Assembly: GCA_965249575.1 (NCBI GenBank) | Contig: OZ252244.1 | Coordinates: 2,112,001-2,176,000, forward strand | Origin: Gemmatimonadales bacterium | GTDB lineage: Bacteria > Gemmatimonadota > Gemmatimonadetes > Gemmatimonadales > GWC2-71-9 | Reading direction: 5' to 3' | Length of the DNA stretch: 64,000 nucleotides | Translations under genes and position numbers: made by a program | Shown: positions 39,970 to 49,547 of the stretch, piece by piece | Numbering within the stretch: position 1 is the stretch's first letter | Layout of the letters: the number at the start of each line of letters is the position of its first letter | The notes under the pieces: model-generated | Seen by the model: the letters and a program-made list of their open reading frames with translations, nothing else | Told to the model about the DNA's origin: nothing | Databases searched by the model: none

Positions 39970-40020
39970 CAGTTGTCACTCCTCGTCATCTCCAAAGCTG
40001 TCAGCCACTGCCGATCGCGG

Positions 40021-41460
40021 CTATGCCTTAATTACACCAAGGGGACGCAGGCGTGCGACCTTGCGGGCCAGCCCCGCCTCGTGAGCCACATCGACTACCC
40101 TTTCGACGTCCTTGTAGGCAAACGGACCCTCCTCTGCGAGGCCGGTGTTGGATGGACAGCGGACGATAATGCCCTGGTCCTCTAGCTCGCGCCGGACCTG
40201 ATGGCCGGGCTTGGTGCGTTTCGCCGCGCCGCGGCTCATCGCCCGTCCGGCGCCGTGACACGTCGATCCGAAACTGAGGGTCTGGGAACCGTCTGCTCCG
40301 GCGAGAACGTAGGATGCCGTCCCCATGCTGCCCGGAATAAAGACCGGCTGGCCAGCCCCGCGATACTGCTGAGGAGTTTCCGCATGACTCGGGCCAAACG
40401 CCCTGGTGGCCCCCTTTCGGTGTACGCAGAGCTTCGCCCCACCATACTCCTCGAGCTTCGCGATGTTGTGGGCCACGTCGTACAGTACCCGCAGGTGGCC
40501 GGAATCACCCAGTGCTCGGGTGAACACCCGGCGGGCGATGTTGGTGATGGTCTGCCGGTTGGACCAGGCGTAATTGGCCGCGGCGCACATGGCTCCGTAA
40601 TAGGCGTGTCCCTCGGGCGAGGCAAGAGGAGCACAGGCGAGCTCGCGGTCGGGCAGGTGTATGTCGTATCGGTGCATCACGGTGTCCATCAGCCGGACGT
40701 AATCGGTGCACACCTGGTGACCCAGTCCTCGAGATCCTGTGTGAATGAGAATCGTCAATTGGCCGGTTCGCAGCCCATACGCGGCCGCCGCATCCGGATC
40801 GAACACCTCGTCGACAACCTGTACCTCTACGAAGTGGTTTCCCGACCCCATGGTGCCTAGCTGACGACGGCCACGTTGCTTGGCTCTTCTCGAAACGTGG
40901 GCGGGATCCGCCTGGGGGAGCGAGCCAGAGGTTTCGGTCGCCGCCAGGTCTTCCGGCAGTGCCATCTCGCACTCGGCCAGATACTGGGATCCCCGGCTCA
41001 AAACTCCATCCAGCTCGGCGTCGCTCAGGTCGTGACCCCGGCCCTTCCCTGCGCCGGCCGGAACGCTACGGCTCAAGTCGTGCACGAGCCGCTCGAGTCG
41101 CGGCTGGAGCTCCGCGGCTTCCAGCTCGCTCGTGAGCAAGCGAACTCCACAATTGATGTCGTACCCCACTCCACCCGGGGATATGACGCCATCTTCTACC
41201 CGCGTCGCCGCCACGCCCCCGACGGGGAAACCGTACCCCTGATGTGCATCCGGCATGGCATAAGCGAACCCAGTGATTCCGGGCAGGGTGGTCACGTTGA
41301 CGAGTTGCTCGAGCGAGCGATCACTCCGGATCTGCTCCCACAGGTTGTCGTCCGCATAAATCCGGGCTGGTACCCGCATGTCCGGCCGCGCACTTGGAGG
41401 AATCTCCCAAACCACGGGGCCGCGGCGCGTGCATGGATAGTTCGATCCGAGATTAGACAT
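40021..41460 (-). CDS. rtcB: RNA ligase RtcB
   Basis: MPDAHQGYGF, GYDINCGVR, GSGNHF, HTGSRG, HNIA, HRKGAT, PGSMG, HGAGR. Confidence 0.95.
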   Translation of the reverse strand: MSNLGSNYPCTRRGPVVWEIPPSARPDMRVPARIYADDNLWEQIRSDRSLEQLVNVTTLPGITGFAYAMPDAHQGYGFPVGGVAATRVEDGVISPGGVGYDINCGVRLLTSELEAAELQPRLERLVHDLSRSVPAGAGKGRGHDLSDAELDGVLSRGSQYLAECEMALPEDLAATETSGSLPQADPAHVSRRAKQRGRRQLGTMGSGNHFVEVQVVDEVFDPDAAAAYGLRTGQLTILIHTGSRGLGHQVCTDYVRLMDTVMHRYDIHLPDRELACAPLASPEGHAYYGAMCAAANYAWSNRQTITNIARRVFTRALGDSGHLRVLYDVAHNIAKLEEYGGAKLCVHRKGATRAFGPSHAETPQQYRGAGQPVFIPGSMGTASYVLAGADGSQTLSFGSTCHGAGRAMSRGAAKRTKPGHQVRRELEDQGIIVRCPSNTGLAEEGPFAYKDVERVVDVAHEAGLARKVARLRPLGVIKA

Positions 41461-41860
41461 CGAAGACGACATCGGCCTCCAGTCCCTCCGATACCGGCTG
41501 GATCCGCACCCCATGAAGCGTAGCCGCTTTGACGAGAGCCGGACGCTCGTTCACCATACCGCCGCGCGCCCGCACCGATAGATGACGGTCGCTCACTTCA
41601 CGGATCGTGAACTCCAGCGGGATCCAACCGTCCGTCTCCGCGCGGTAGATCAGGTCGTTGAGCCAGTCGACGAGAAGTGCTTCCCGGTCGGTCGAGTGCA
41701 CTTCGATCTCCATCCAGGGCACGTTGCCGGAAGCACGCCGTTGTCCGAGTTGTAGCGTCCCGAGCGCTCGCCCAGCCTCGACCATGACCTCGCCAAGTGA
41801 CTCAGCTCGCACCCGAAGGTGTAGCTCACCCGGATGATCCACAAACCGATGCGACGCCAA
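41453..41860 (-). CDS. Archease
   Basis: FVDHPGEL, LLVDWLNDLIY, VKAATLH, VVFDV C-terminus; overlaps the rtcB start. Confidence 0.9.
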   Translation of the reverse strand: MASHRFVDHPGELHLRVRAESLGEVMVEAGRALGTLQLGQRRASGNVPWMEIEVHSTDREALLVDWLNDLIYRAETDGWIPLEFTIREVSDRHLSVRARGGMVNERPALVKAATLHGVRIQPVSEGLEADVVFDV

Positions 41861-42265
41861 CGATGTCCCCTCGGCCCTCGGCGGTTGGTGTGGTGGCTCG
41901 GCAGCCGGAGTTCCCCGTCCCCGTTGCAATCCCGTACCACTACAATGCGACGATCCGGTCACTCCCGACAGGGAGCGCGGGTCGCGCCGGGTAATTAAAG
42001 CCTGCCGCCTTCGCTGCCTGGCGAGTGCACTGCTTACCTGAACGTCCTGAGCCCGCGTGCCAACCTCGAGAAGTTCGCGCGCGGCCTGGGCAACCTTGGG
42101 GTCGACTCGTCGGAGACACCGATCCCAAGCTGTATCGTTGAAGAGTGACTCACGCCGCTGCCGGAGTATGGGGCGTGCAAAAGACTCTTGGGCGAGTTAC
42201 GTTGATGACGCGCCAAACCTTCATCCACAGTGGGTGATAGGCGCTACCAAACGTCAGGAGGAGAT

Positions 42266-42940
42266 ATGCCGGGATGGCATTCGGTCCAGCGACATCGTGA
42301 TCAGCGCGGGAGAGTTCTAACTCAGTTCTTCCTGTTAGTTCTTGCCATCGGTGCGACGGCCGGCTGTGGCGAGGGTGGCGACGCCTCCGCCGACGTTGGC
42401 GACGTTGCGCTGACGGTGGCCGACACCGGAGCCACTCTCTTTCCCCCGGACGCCCTCTCGATGGATCTTCAGCATCACACGATGCAGGATATGCAGAGTC
42501 TCTACGACGATTTGGTGCACGCGCTCAACGATGGCGAGGCCACTGAATCGGCCACGCATGCCCGGGACCTGGCGACGTTGGCCGACAGACTGCCGGCTTT
42601 CATGGTGCACGTCCAGGGTGTGACGGTCGACAGCATGATAGCGTGGGGCCGGCGGTTCAAGGGTGAGATGCTCCGGGTCGCCGAGCTTGCCGAGTCAGGA
42701 AGCATGACCGCGGCGAGCGAACTGGGTTTTCGATCGGCAATGACTTGCGCACAATGCCACACCGTCTATGGAGGTGGCATGGAAGCGGAGCCAGGCGATC
42801 AGGATGATGGGGGGCACGCGCACGACGACGATGATGGGGGGCACGCGCACGACGACGATGATGGGGGGCACGCGCACGACGACGATGATGGGGGGCACGC
42901 GCACGACGACGATGGGGGTCAAACCCACGAGCACGACTGA
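42266..42940 (+). CDS. Class II (cytochrome c'-like) monoheme lipoprotein with His/Asp-rich tail
   Basis: AGGAGG RBS; lipobox-like TAGC; helical body with C-terminal CAQCH; tail (DDGGHAHDD)x4. Confidence 0.7.
   Translation: MPGWHSVQRHRDQRGRVLTQFFLLVLAIGATAGCGEGGDASADVGDVALTVADTGATLFPPDALSMDLQHHTMQDMQSLYDDLVHALNDGEATESATHARDLATLADRLPAFMVHVQGVTVDSMIAWGRRFKGEMLRVAELAESGSMTAASELGFRSAMTCAQCHTVYGGGMEAEPGDQDDGGHAHDDDDGGHAHDDDDGGHAHDDDDGGHAHDDDGGQTHEHD
42803..42910 (+). repeat. Perfect 27-bp tandem repeat x4 (GATGATGGGGGGCACGCGCACGACGAC), coding
   Basis: Units at 42803, 42830, 42857 and 42884, followed by a degenerate fifth. Confidence 0.95.
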
Positions 42941-42991
42941 GCTGCTTCGCCCGACTGGGGGCCTCCGGCGTGCTCTTGCCGGGAGGCTACT

Positions 42992-43357
42992 GTGAAGATT
43001 CTCATTGCGGATGATGAGCCGTTGTCCCTGCAACTGCTCAAGAGGACGCTCGAAAGCTGGAACTACGAGGTCGTCGCTGTCAGCGACGGCCAGCAGGCCC
43101 TCGCCGAGCTTCAGGGATCGGCTCCGCCCCGCCTAGCCGTTCTCGACTGGATGATGCCGGGCATCGACGGGGTGGAGGTTTGCCGGCGGGCGCGAGAGCG
43201 CCTGGAGGCGCAGCCGATCCATCTCATGCTGCTCACGTCTCGATCAGCGTCCGAAGACATCGCAGAGGCCTTGCAGGCGGGCGCCGACGACTACGTCACC
43301 AAGCCCTTCGACCGGGCGGAACTACGGGCTCGGCTGAGCGTCGGGGAGCGGGGCTGA
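42992..43357 (+). pseudogene. Response regulator receiver domain, output domain lost
   Basis: ILIADDE, LDWMMPG, GADDYVTKPF, RARLSVGER then an abrupt stop against a truncated convergent gene. Confidence 0.65.
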
Positions 43358-43359
43358 AC

Positions 43360-44015
43360 CACCTACTCGGAAAGAGGAGCGCGTCGTTGTCTCGCTCATC
43401 GTAATCGCCATACGGATAGCGGCCGTATTGGAGGGGGTAGCCGGTGTTGAGGGCCAGCACCGTGCTGTTGGGATAGAGCGACTTCCAGTGTCCCCACGTC
43501 GTCTCGATCACCGGCAACCTGCGGAGCTCGGTTCCGGCCGCGGGCCCGCAGAGCGCCTGCAAGGACAGCTGATGCCACAGGCTTGTCGTCTCCCGGTCGA
43601 ACAAGGTCAGGTTGTTTTCCAGGATCAGTCCTGAGACGCCGAACTCGTGTACCTGACCCTCCACCTGCCTGTCGAACCCCAAGCCAGAACCTGTTAAAAG
43701 ACAATACGTTATAACCACAGGCTCGCCGCCGATCGTGTCGTTCGCGACTTCGTGCCACCACATCAGCGCGAAGGGGTAGGCTCGCGCGATACCGTTGCGC
43801 TCGATCCCGATCACGCGGGCCTCGTCCGGTAAGTATTGCACGACCGGCGCGGCCTCGAGGGAGGGATTGACGAGGGCCGGGATGCCCCCCGCTCCCGGGC
43901 CGCCATCGAAGAACTCGATGCTGCAACTCGAGAGCACGCCCTCATTCGGCACGCCCGCGAATGGTGCGTTCGAGTCCCCGCACCCAGCCGCAACCAGTGC
44001 GAGCGCTGGTATCAT
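43360..44015 (-). pseudogene. DUF3179 lipoprotein, 3'-truncated
   Basis: Lipobox AAGC; GGPGAGGIPAL, AYPFALMWWHEVAND, FGVSG, DRETTSLW; ends at YPYGDY..LLFP, about half the family length. Confidence 0.7.
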
Positions 44016-44202
44016 CTTGTGAATTCGACGCTTGCCCATACCTGTCTAAGAGTAACGTGTCGATCCCAATTGCGGTTCCCCCTAGGGGCCGGCCCCGCTG
44101 GCGGGCGGCGGCCCCGATTGCGGCCCCCCAATCTCGGTGATGCGGCAATCCGACATCTGGCGGGGAACAAGCCGTAGTGCAGGTGGCGTTCTCTCAAGAG
44201 AC

Positions 44203-45327
44203 ATGGACCCATCTCTCCTGCCGCTCCCGCCCTGGGCCACCGCGGCTGCGATTCTATTTCTGGGGTCCGCACTCCCGGCGCACGGCCAGTTTTCCGGCGA
44301 ATGGCAGACGGACTTTTCGAAGCACACTGTGCCGCTGGACGAGATCGTGTCCGGCGGGCCTCCCAAGGACGGTATTCCCTCCATCGACAAGCCCCGCTTC
44401 GTCGCGGTTCGAGCAGCGTCGAGATGGCTCGAAGATCGGGAGCCGGTCGTGATGGTCACGCACGGTACCGTGGCGAAAGCCTACCCGCTCCAAATCCTCA
44501 TCTGGCATGAGATCGTCAACGACAAGGTCGGCGGCCTGTACGTGTCGGTGACATACTGTCCGCTCTGCAACACGGCCCTGGCGTTCAACCGTCGGTTCCA
44601 AGGGAAACTGTTGGATTTCGGAACGACGGGGCGGCTCAGACACTCCGACCTGGTCATGTATGACCGCCAATCAGAGACGTGGTGGCAGCAAGCGACGGGC
44701 GAGGGGATCGTCGGCGAGCACGCCGGAGAACGGCTCACGTTCGTGAGCGCCCCACTGGTGAGTTTTCAGACCTTCAAGGAGACATATCCAGACGGGTTGG
44801 TCCTGTCTCGAGAAACCGGTTATCGGCGTGACTACGGGCGAAACCCGTACCGGCGTTATGACGATCCGAAGGGAGGCCCCCTTCGTCGTTTTTTCTCTCG
44901 GCGCGCGGACGACCGACTGTCGGCCATGGAGCGGGTCGTGACGTTCGCCGTGGGTGAAGAAACCGTGACGATCCCCTTCTCGTCCTTGGAGCCGAAGCGC
45001 GTGGTGAACGACGAAGTTGCCGGAGAGCCAGTCGCAGTGTTCTGGGCGCCCGGAACGGCGAGCGCGGTGGATCACAGCGAGATCGCACGGGGGCGAGATG
45101 TAGGCTCGAGCGGCGTCTTCAACCGGCAGACTGGATCCAAGACATTGCATTTCGAGCACGCCGGCGACGGACTGTTCCGCGACCGGGAAACCCGGTCGAC
45201 CTGGGATATTCTGGGGCGGGCCGTTCGCGGTCCGCTAGCGGGTACGGAGCTGGAGCCGATCCCCCACGGGAACCATTTCTGGTTTGCGTGGGCCGCGTTC
45301 AAGCCCGATACACGCATCATACGATGA
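44203..45327 (+). CDS. DUF3179 domain secreted protein
   Basis: GGPPKDGIPSID, AYPLQILIWHEIVND, TYCPLCNT, YDRQSETWWQQ, FWFAWAAF. Confidence 0.9.
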   Translation: MDPSLLPLPPWATAAAILFLGSALPAHGQFSGEWQTDFSKHTVPLDEIVSGGPPKDGIPSIDKPRFVAVRAASRWLEDREPVVMVTHGTVAKAYPLQILIWHEIVNDKVGGLYVSVTYCPLCNTALAFNRRFQGKLLDFGTTGRLRHSDLVMYDRQSETWWQQATGEGIVGEHAGERLTFVSAPLVSFQTFKETYPDGLVLSRETGYRRDYGRNPYRRYDDPKGGPLRRFFSRRADDRLSAMERVVTFAVGEETVTIPFSSLEPKRVVNDEVAGEPVAVFWAPGTASAVDHSEIARGRDVGSSGVFNRQTGSKTLHFEHAGDGLFRDRETRSTWDILGRAVRGPLAGTELEPIPHGNHFWFAWAAFKPDTRIIR

Positions 45328-45463
45328 CCGCGCCATCAGGGGTGCTCTGACGGCGTGGACCGTCCGGGAACCGCGGCGAGTGCCCGTCGGTTACGAACTT
45401 GGCGGCCGACAGATTCACTGGCCGTCGCACTCCGACGACTCACTATCTCAGCCAGGAGGAACC

Positions 45464-45856
45464 ATGCTAATGCGTTTTCTGAGCGGTATCGGAACGGCCG
45501 CGCTGCTGGCCGTGGCGCTGCCTTCTACGGCCCAAGCTCAGGTGATGGGCGACGCGCCCAAGGGGAAGACTATCCGGTGACCGGGACGGTCGTCGACGTC
45601 TCCTGCAAGTTCGGGCAAGGACTGAGTGGCGCCGACCACCGCATGTGTGCGCAGGTCTGCGCGGATAAGGGGATCCCGCTGGGGATTCTCGGCAGCGACG
45701 GGACTCTCTACCTGCCGACTAGCGCCGGGATGCCAGGTGAGAGCCAGAATGATCGGCTCAAGGCGTTCGCGGAGCAGCAGGTCACGGTGAAAGGGGAGAG
45801 TATTCGAAGCTGGGGGAGCGAAAGCCATTCAGATTGCTGAGATTGCGAAGTCGTAG
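45464..45856 (+). pseudogene. Small secreted CxxC (CAQVC) protein with two compensating frameshifts
   Basis: AGGAGG RBS and signal peptide; core VTGTVVDVSC..HRMCAQVCADKGIP in another frame; tail VFEAGGAKAIQI returns to the first frame. Confidence 0.65.
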
Positions 45857-45858
45857 GC

Positions 45859-47472
45859 GTGAGTAGCGACCACCTGACCGCGGGTCGGCGATTCGTCCGG
45901 CCCGCGGTTTTGCTCCCGGCTCCGCTTCTGATCAGTGGAGGACTCTGGTCCGTTCTGCCACGCCTGCCCGGTCGTTCGGGGCCCAATCGCGTTACCGAAT
46001 CCCGACGTGGCGCGCCCGGTCGAATGGATCCAGGGATCCGTCAGGTTCGTCGTTTCCGCGCAGGCGCCCGAACGCCTGCTGATCGACACGCTCTTCCCGG
46101 CCGCGCCGGCTCGGCTTCTGTGGCTTCAGGGGAAGGCGGGACACCGGACGTCTGGGGAAGGCGTTCTGGCCGTGGACGGGGCGGCGGGGTCTTACGCGTC
46201 GATGCGAGACTCCGGGTCACGAGGGTGCCTGTCCGAGCCGAAGGCACGGAGATCACCGGCGTCGCCCCTGCTCCGGATGGGGTGTGGCTCGCAAGTGCCA
46301 CGGGCGAAGTGCTGCGGGCGGGTCGGAAGGGGGAGTTGCTGGAACTCGGTCCGAAAGGCCTGGGAGCGGAACGGCGATCGGTGAGGGGGCCCTTCGACTA
46401 CGTCGACCTAGCGGCCGATCCGGCCGCCGACGGGACGTGGGTGGTTCGGTCTCAGCAGCAGTTCTCCTACAACTGGTATCAGGGAGAGGTCCCTCCCGTC
46501 CTGGTTCACGTCGATCGAAACGGGGAGGTGACGGGCCAGATCGGGGCGTCGATCGTACCCGCGCACGTCCTCCTTACCGACTTGGCGAATGCCGGTCGTA
46601 TGGTCGTGGATAGTGGGACGATCTTCTACGCGCCCTTCATCCGGGATGAGGTCGTGGCGTTCACTGCGACAGGCGACGCCCTCTGGATCGCCAGCCGCGA
46701 GCTTTCGCACTCGCGGCCGGACCCGAAATTCGAAATCGTAGACGGCACACCCGTCATCGACTATGCGCCGGTGAACCTCGGTGTGGCCATTGGACCCGAT
46801 GACCGGCTATACGTGCTGAGTACCGTCAGTGACTCCACTGGGCGCGGGCGAGGGCGGACCCGCGTAGACGTGTTCGACAAAGCGAGCGGGCACCTGCTCC
46901 GTTCGGGCGAGTTTGCCACCTTGCTGCCGACGGTTGCGGTGGACGGCGACGGGCGGGTGTACTCCCTCGACTCGTTCCGGCTGCTCACGGGTGTGGCACC
47001 TCGGGAGCGACAGGCACTAGCTGCGTTCGATCTCGAGCGACTGAGCGGCGGCCGTATGACCCTCACGGATCTCATAGGCCGCGTCACTCTCATCAACTTC
47101 TGGGCGAGCTGGTGCGGACCGTGCCGCACGGAGATGCCGGCGCTCGATAGCTTGCAGAAGAACATTTCCGATCCCGAGTTCGGCTTCGTCACGTTCAATG
47201 AGGACTTGAATGTTGACGCTGCGAAGGCGTTCATCGAGGCGTTTGGGTTCGGTTTTCCCGTCCTACTCGGGCGAGGAAAGCTGAGAGGGCGATACCACTA
47301 CGTCGGGCTACCGTTCACGGCCCTGGTTGACCGGCAAGGGCGTGTCGTGCAGCGCTGGCTTGGGTTTGCCGGTGAGGCCCAGTTCAACGCAATCCGAGCG
47401 TTGATCAGGGCGGAGTTGGCCCGTGGGGGGCGCCCCGGTGCGCATTCGGGGCACCACGGCCACGGTCCCTAG
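45859..47472 (+). CDS. Beta-propeller-like domain fused to a TlpA thioredoxin domain; probable garbled segment at about 45980-46180
   Basis: C-terminal LINFWASWCGPCRTEMP..GLPFT..DRQGRV. An alternative frame in 45980-46180 reads more protein-like. Confidence 0.75.
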   Translation: MSSDHLTAGRRFVRPAVLLPAPLLISGGLWSVLPRLPGRSGPNRVTESRRGAPGRMDPGIRQVRRFRAGARTPADRHALPGRAGSASVASGEGGTPDVWGRRSGRGRGGGVLRVDARLRVTRVPVRAEGTEITGVAPAPDGVWLASATGEVLRAGRKGELLELGPKGLGAERRSVRGPFDYVDLAADPAADGTWVVRSQQQFSYNWYQGEVPPVLVHVDRNGEVTGQIGASIVPAHVLLTDLANAGRMVVDSGTIFYAPFIRDEVVAFTATGDALWIASRELSHSRPDPKFEIVDGTPVIDYAPVNLGVAIGPDDRLYVLSTVSDSTGRGRGRTRVDVFDKASGHLLRSGEFATLLPTVAVDGDGRVYSLDSFRLLTGVAPRERQALAAFDLERLSGGRMTLTDLIGRVTLINFWASWCGPCRTEMPALDSLQKNISDPEFGFVTFNEDLNVDAAKAFIEAFGFGFPVLLGRGKLRGRYHYVGLPFTALVDRQGRVVQRWLGFAGEAQFNAIRALIRAELARGGRPGAHSGHHGHGP

Positions 47473-47509
47473 CGCCACCGACATCAGGGAGCTGCGCGCT
47501 GTTTGTCCG

Positions 47510-47926
47510 CTAGCTGTCGGATGACGCCGTCCCGCCCCGCTTCTTGCGAATCAGCGCGTCGAGGCTGAAGCTGCCAGCTCCGGTGGTTACGAAGTAGAGG
47601 TAGATGAAGCAGTAGAGCGCCGCGAGCTCGCCCCGGTTGACGATTGGCCAGAATCCTTGCGGGAGGTGGGCGATGAAATAGGCGGCGGCCATCTCGCCCG
47701 CTCCGATGAAGGCTACCACCGGTGTAAACAGGCCCAGCATGATGAGGATCCCGCCGACGAATTCGATGATCCCCGCAAACCAGGTGCGCGTGAACGGCTC
47801 GGTGCCTCCGGAATCCCTCAAGAAGCCAAAGAGCTTCTGCGCGCCGTGAGGCATCCACAAGAAACCGACGACGATCCGCAGCACGTTGTGCATGAGGCCT
47901 TGGTACCTACTGAGTGGATCGATCAT
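47510..47926 (-). CDS. DoxX family membrane protein
   Basis: LRIVVG..HGAQKLFG..EFVGG..GEMAAAYF..GAGSFSLD. Confidence 0.9.
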   Translation of the reverse strand: MIDPLSRYQGLMHNVLRIVVGFLWMPHGAQKLFGFLRDSGGTEPFTRTWFAGIIEFVGGILIMLGLFTPVVAFIGAGEMAAAYFIAHLPQGFWPIVNRGELAALYCFIYLYFVTTGAGSFSLDALIRKKRGGTASSDS

Positions 47927-47999
47927 GCAACCCTCATTTTGGATTGGTGGGTTTTGGGACGTAGGCTCTCGGGCCAGTTGCGTCTGGGAGAGGGTGCTC

Positions 48000-49445
48000 T
48001 CAGCGGGATTGCAGGAGCGCCCCGCCCCCGACGCCAAGGTATCCCAAGCCGAAAATGACCGGAATGCCGGTCGGAAGGAGTGCCTGGTGCAACACGGCGG
48101 CGGTCCCGACGGCCAGGAGTACGATGCCTGCCACGCACTCCAACACCGCAGCACCGGAGGCCGAGACCCGATATACGGCGCGGCGCCAGGACACGTCGGC
48201 TCCACCGGCCAGACGGTATTTAGGCGTGCGGCGAAACGGCGTCCGGTGGCTCAGGAGACCCCGTGCGACGGCCGCCGTCTGGCCCAGCGAGATACCGGCC
48301 CCCAGTACGAGAATGACGGGAACCATGAGCACTTGCCACCAGCCGCTCGTGCGCGCCCGAGCGGCCACACCGTAGAAGATCCCCAGCGAGACGATTGCGA
48401 ACGTCAGGAGCGCCGCATCCGCCGCGAACACGAATGCGCGTGATGAGGCCCCCGCCATCCAGCCCGCCGGAAATCCCGCCAGGGCCACCACCACGAGGAG
48501 CGGGTAGCACAAATGTGCCAAGAGGTGGAAGGCTGCCTCCAGTTTGACGACGGGTTTCACCTTCGCTCGCAGGATGCGCGGCAACAGCAGGCGCGCTGTC
48601 TGGATGCCACCCTGAGCCCACCGCTGCTGCTGAATTCGATAGGCGGCAACCTCCACGGGCAACTCCGCGGGGACCTCGACGTCATCCCGGTAGACGAATC
48701 GCCAGCCGACGAGCTGGGCCCGGTAAGAGAGATCCAGGTCTTCTGTCAGGGTATCGCTGCGCCAGCCACCCGCCGATTCGACGGCTGCTCGCCGCCAGAC
48801 TCCCGCCGTGCCGTTGAAATTGAAGAACCGGGCGGCCTCCTGCCGAACACCGTGCTCGATGGTAAAGTGAGCGTCCAGTTGTAAGGCCTGGGCCCGGGTG
48901 AGCACCGAGGCGTGGCGATTCAGGTGCCCCCACCGCGCTTGAACCATGCCGACAGTGGGATCCGCGAACTCGCCAACGACACGGCGGAGGAAATCGGGCT
49001 CTGGAACGAAGTCGGCATCGAAAATGGCGATGAGTTCGCCGCTGGCGCGCCGGAGGCCTTCCCCGAGCGCGCCCGCCTTGAAACCCTCTCGTGACGGACG
49101 CCGGATGTGGACGATGCGGGATCCCGCGGTCCGGAGTTCGGTAGCCAGCCGAGCCACGAGCGAGGAGGTGTCGTCGGTCGAATCATCGAGGATCTGGATC
49201 TCGACTCTCGATGTCGGGTAGTCGAGCGCCGCCGCGGCCCGGATACATCGCTCAGCGACGTATCGCTCGTTGTACAGGGGAATCTGAACAGTGACGTTCG
49301 GGTAGCGTGGCGTAGATCGGTCGATTTGGGGGCGGCGACTCGCGACCCGCCGCACGTAGTGCCGGGCGAGCGACAATCGGTGCGCTCCAAACAGCGCAAG
49401 GAGTATGGAGGCGGTCAGGTGCACCGCGATCAAACCGGTAATCAT
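48000..49445 (-). CDS. Processive GT2 glycosyltransferase (cellulose-synthase-like/CslA type)
   Basis: QIPLYNE, LDDSTD, GFKAGAL, FDADF, TED, QQQRW. Confidence 0.9.
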   Translation of the reverse strand: MITGLIAVHLTASILLALFGAHRLSLARHYVRRVASRRPQIDRSTPRYPNVTVQIPLYNERYVAERCIRAAAALDYPTSRVEIQILDDSTDDTSSLVARLATELRTAGSRIVHIRRPSREGFKAGALGEGLRRASGELIAIFDADFVPEPDFLRRVVGEFADPTVGMVQARWGHLNRHASVLTRAQALQLDAHFTIEHGVRQEAARFFNFNGTAGVWRRAAVESAGGWRSDTLTEDLDLSYRAQLVGWRFVYRDDVEVPAELPVEVAAYRIQQQRWAQGGIQTARLLLPRILRAKVKPVVKLEAAFHLLAHLCYPLLVVVALAGFPAGWMAGASSRAFVFAADAALLTFAIVSLGIFYGVAARARTSGWWQVLMVPVILVLGAGISLGQTAAVARGLLSHRTPFRRTPKYRLAGGADVSWRRAVYRVSASGAAVLECVAGIVLLAVGTAAVLHQALLPTGIPVIFGLGYLGVGGGALLQSR

Positions 49446-49547
49446 TGGATCCGTTGATGGTTCACAGTGAGCCAACGCTTCTCGATCGAGATTTGTTCCG
49501 GCTCTGAATGATAGTGGAGCCCGAATGGGGCCGATAGGTGCGTTCCG

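Noticed and set aside
41924..41939. Sigma54 promoter for archease-rtcB (minus strand TGGTACGGGATTGCAA)
   Set aside because: GG-to-GC spacing is 9 nt rather than the required 10, and no rtcR activator is nearby.
42803..42910. CRISPR-like array
   Set aside because: Repeats are contiguous with no spacers, in frame within a CDS, and no cas genes are present.
45578..45580. Selenocysteine UGA near DUF3179/redox genes
   Set aside because: The coding sequence continues in a different frame, so this is a frameshift; no Cys-equivalent position or SECIS is evident.
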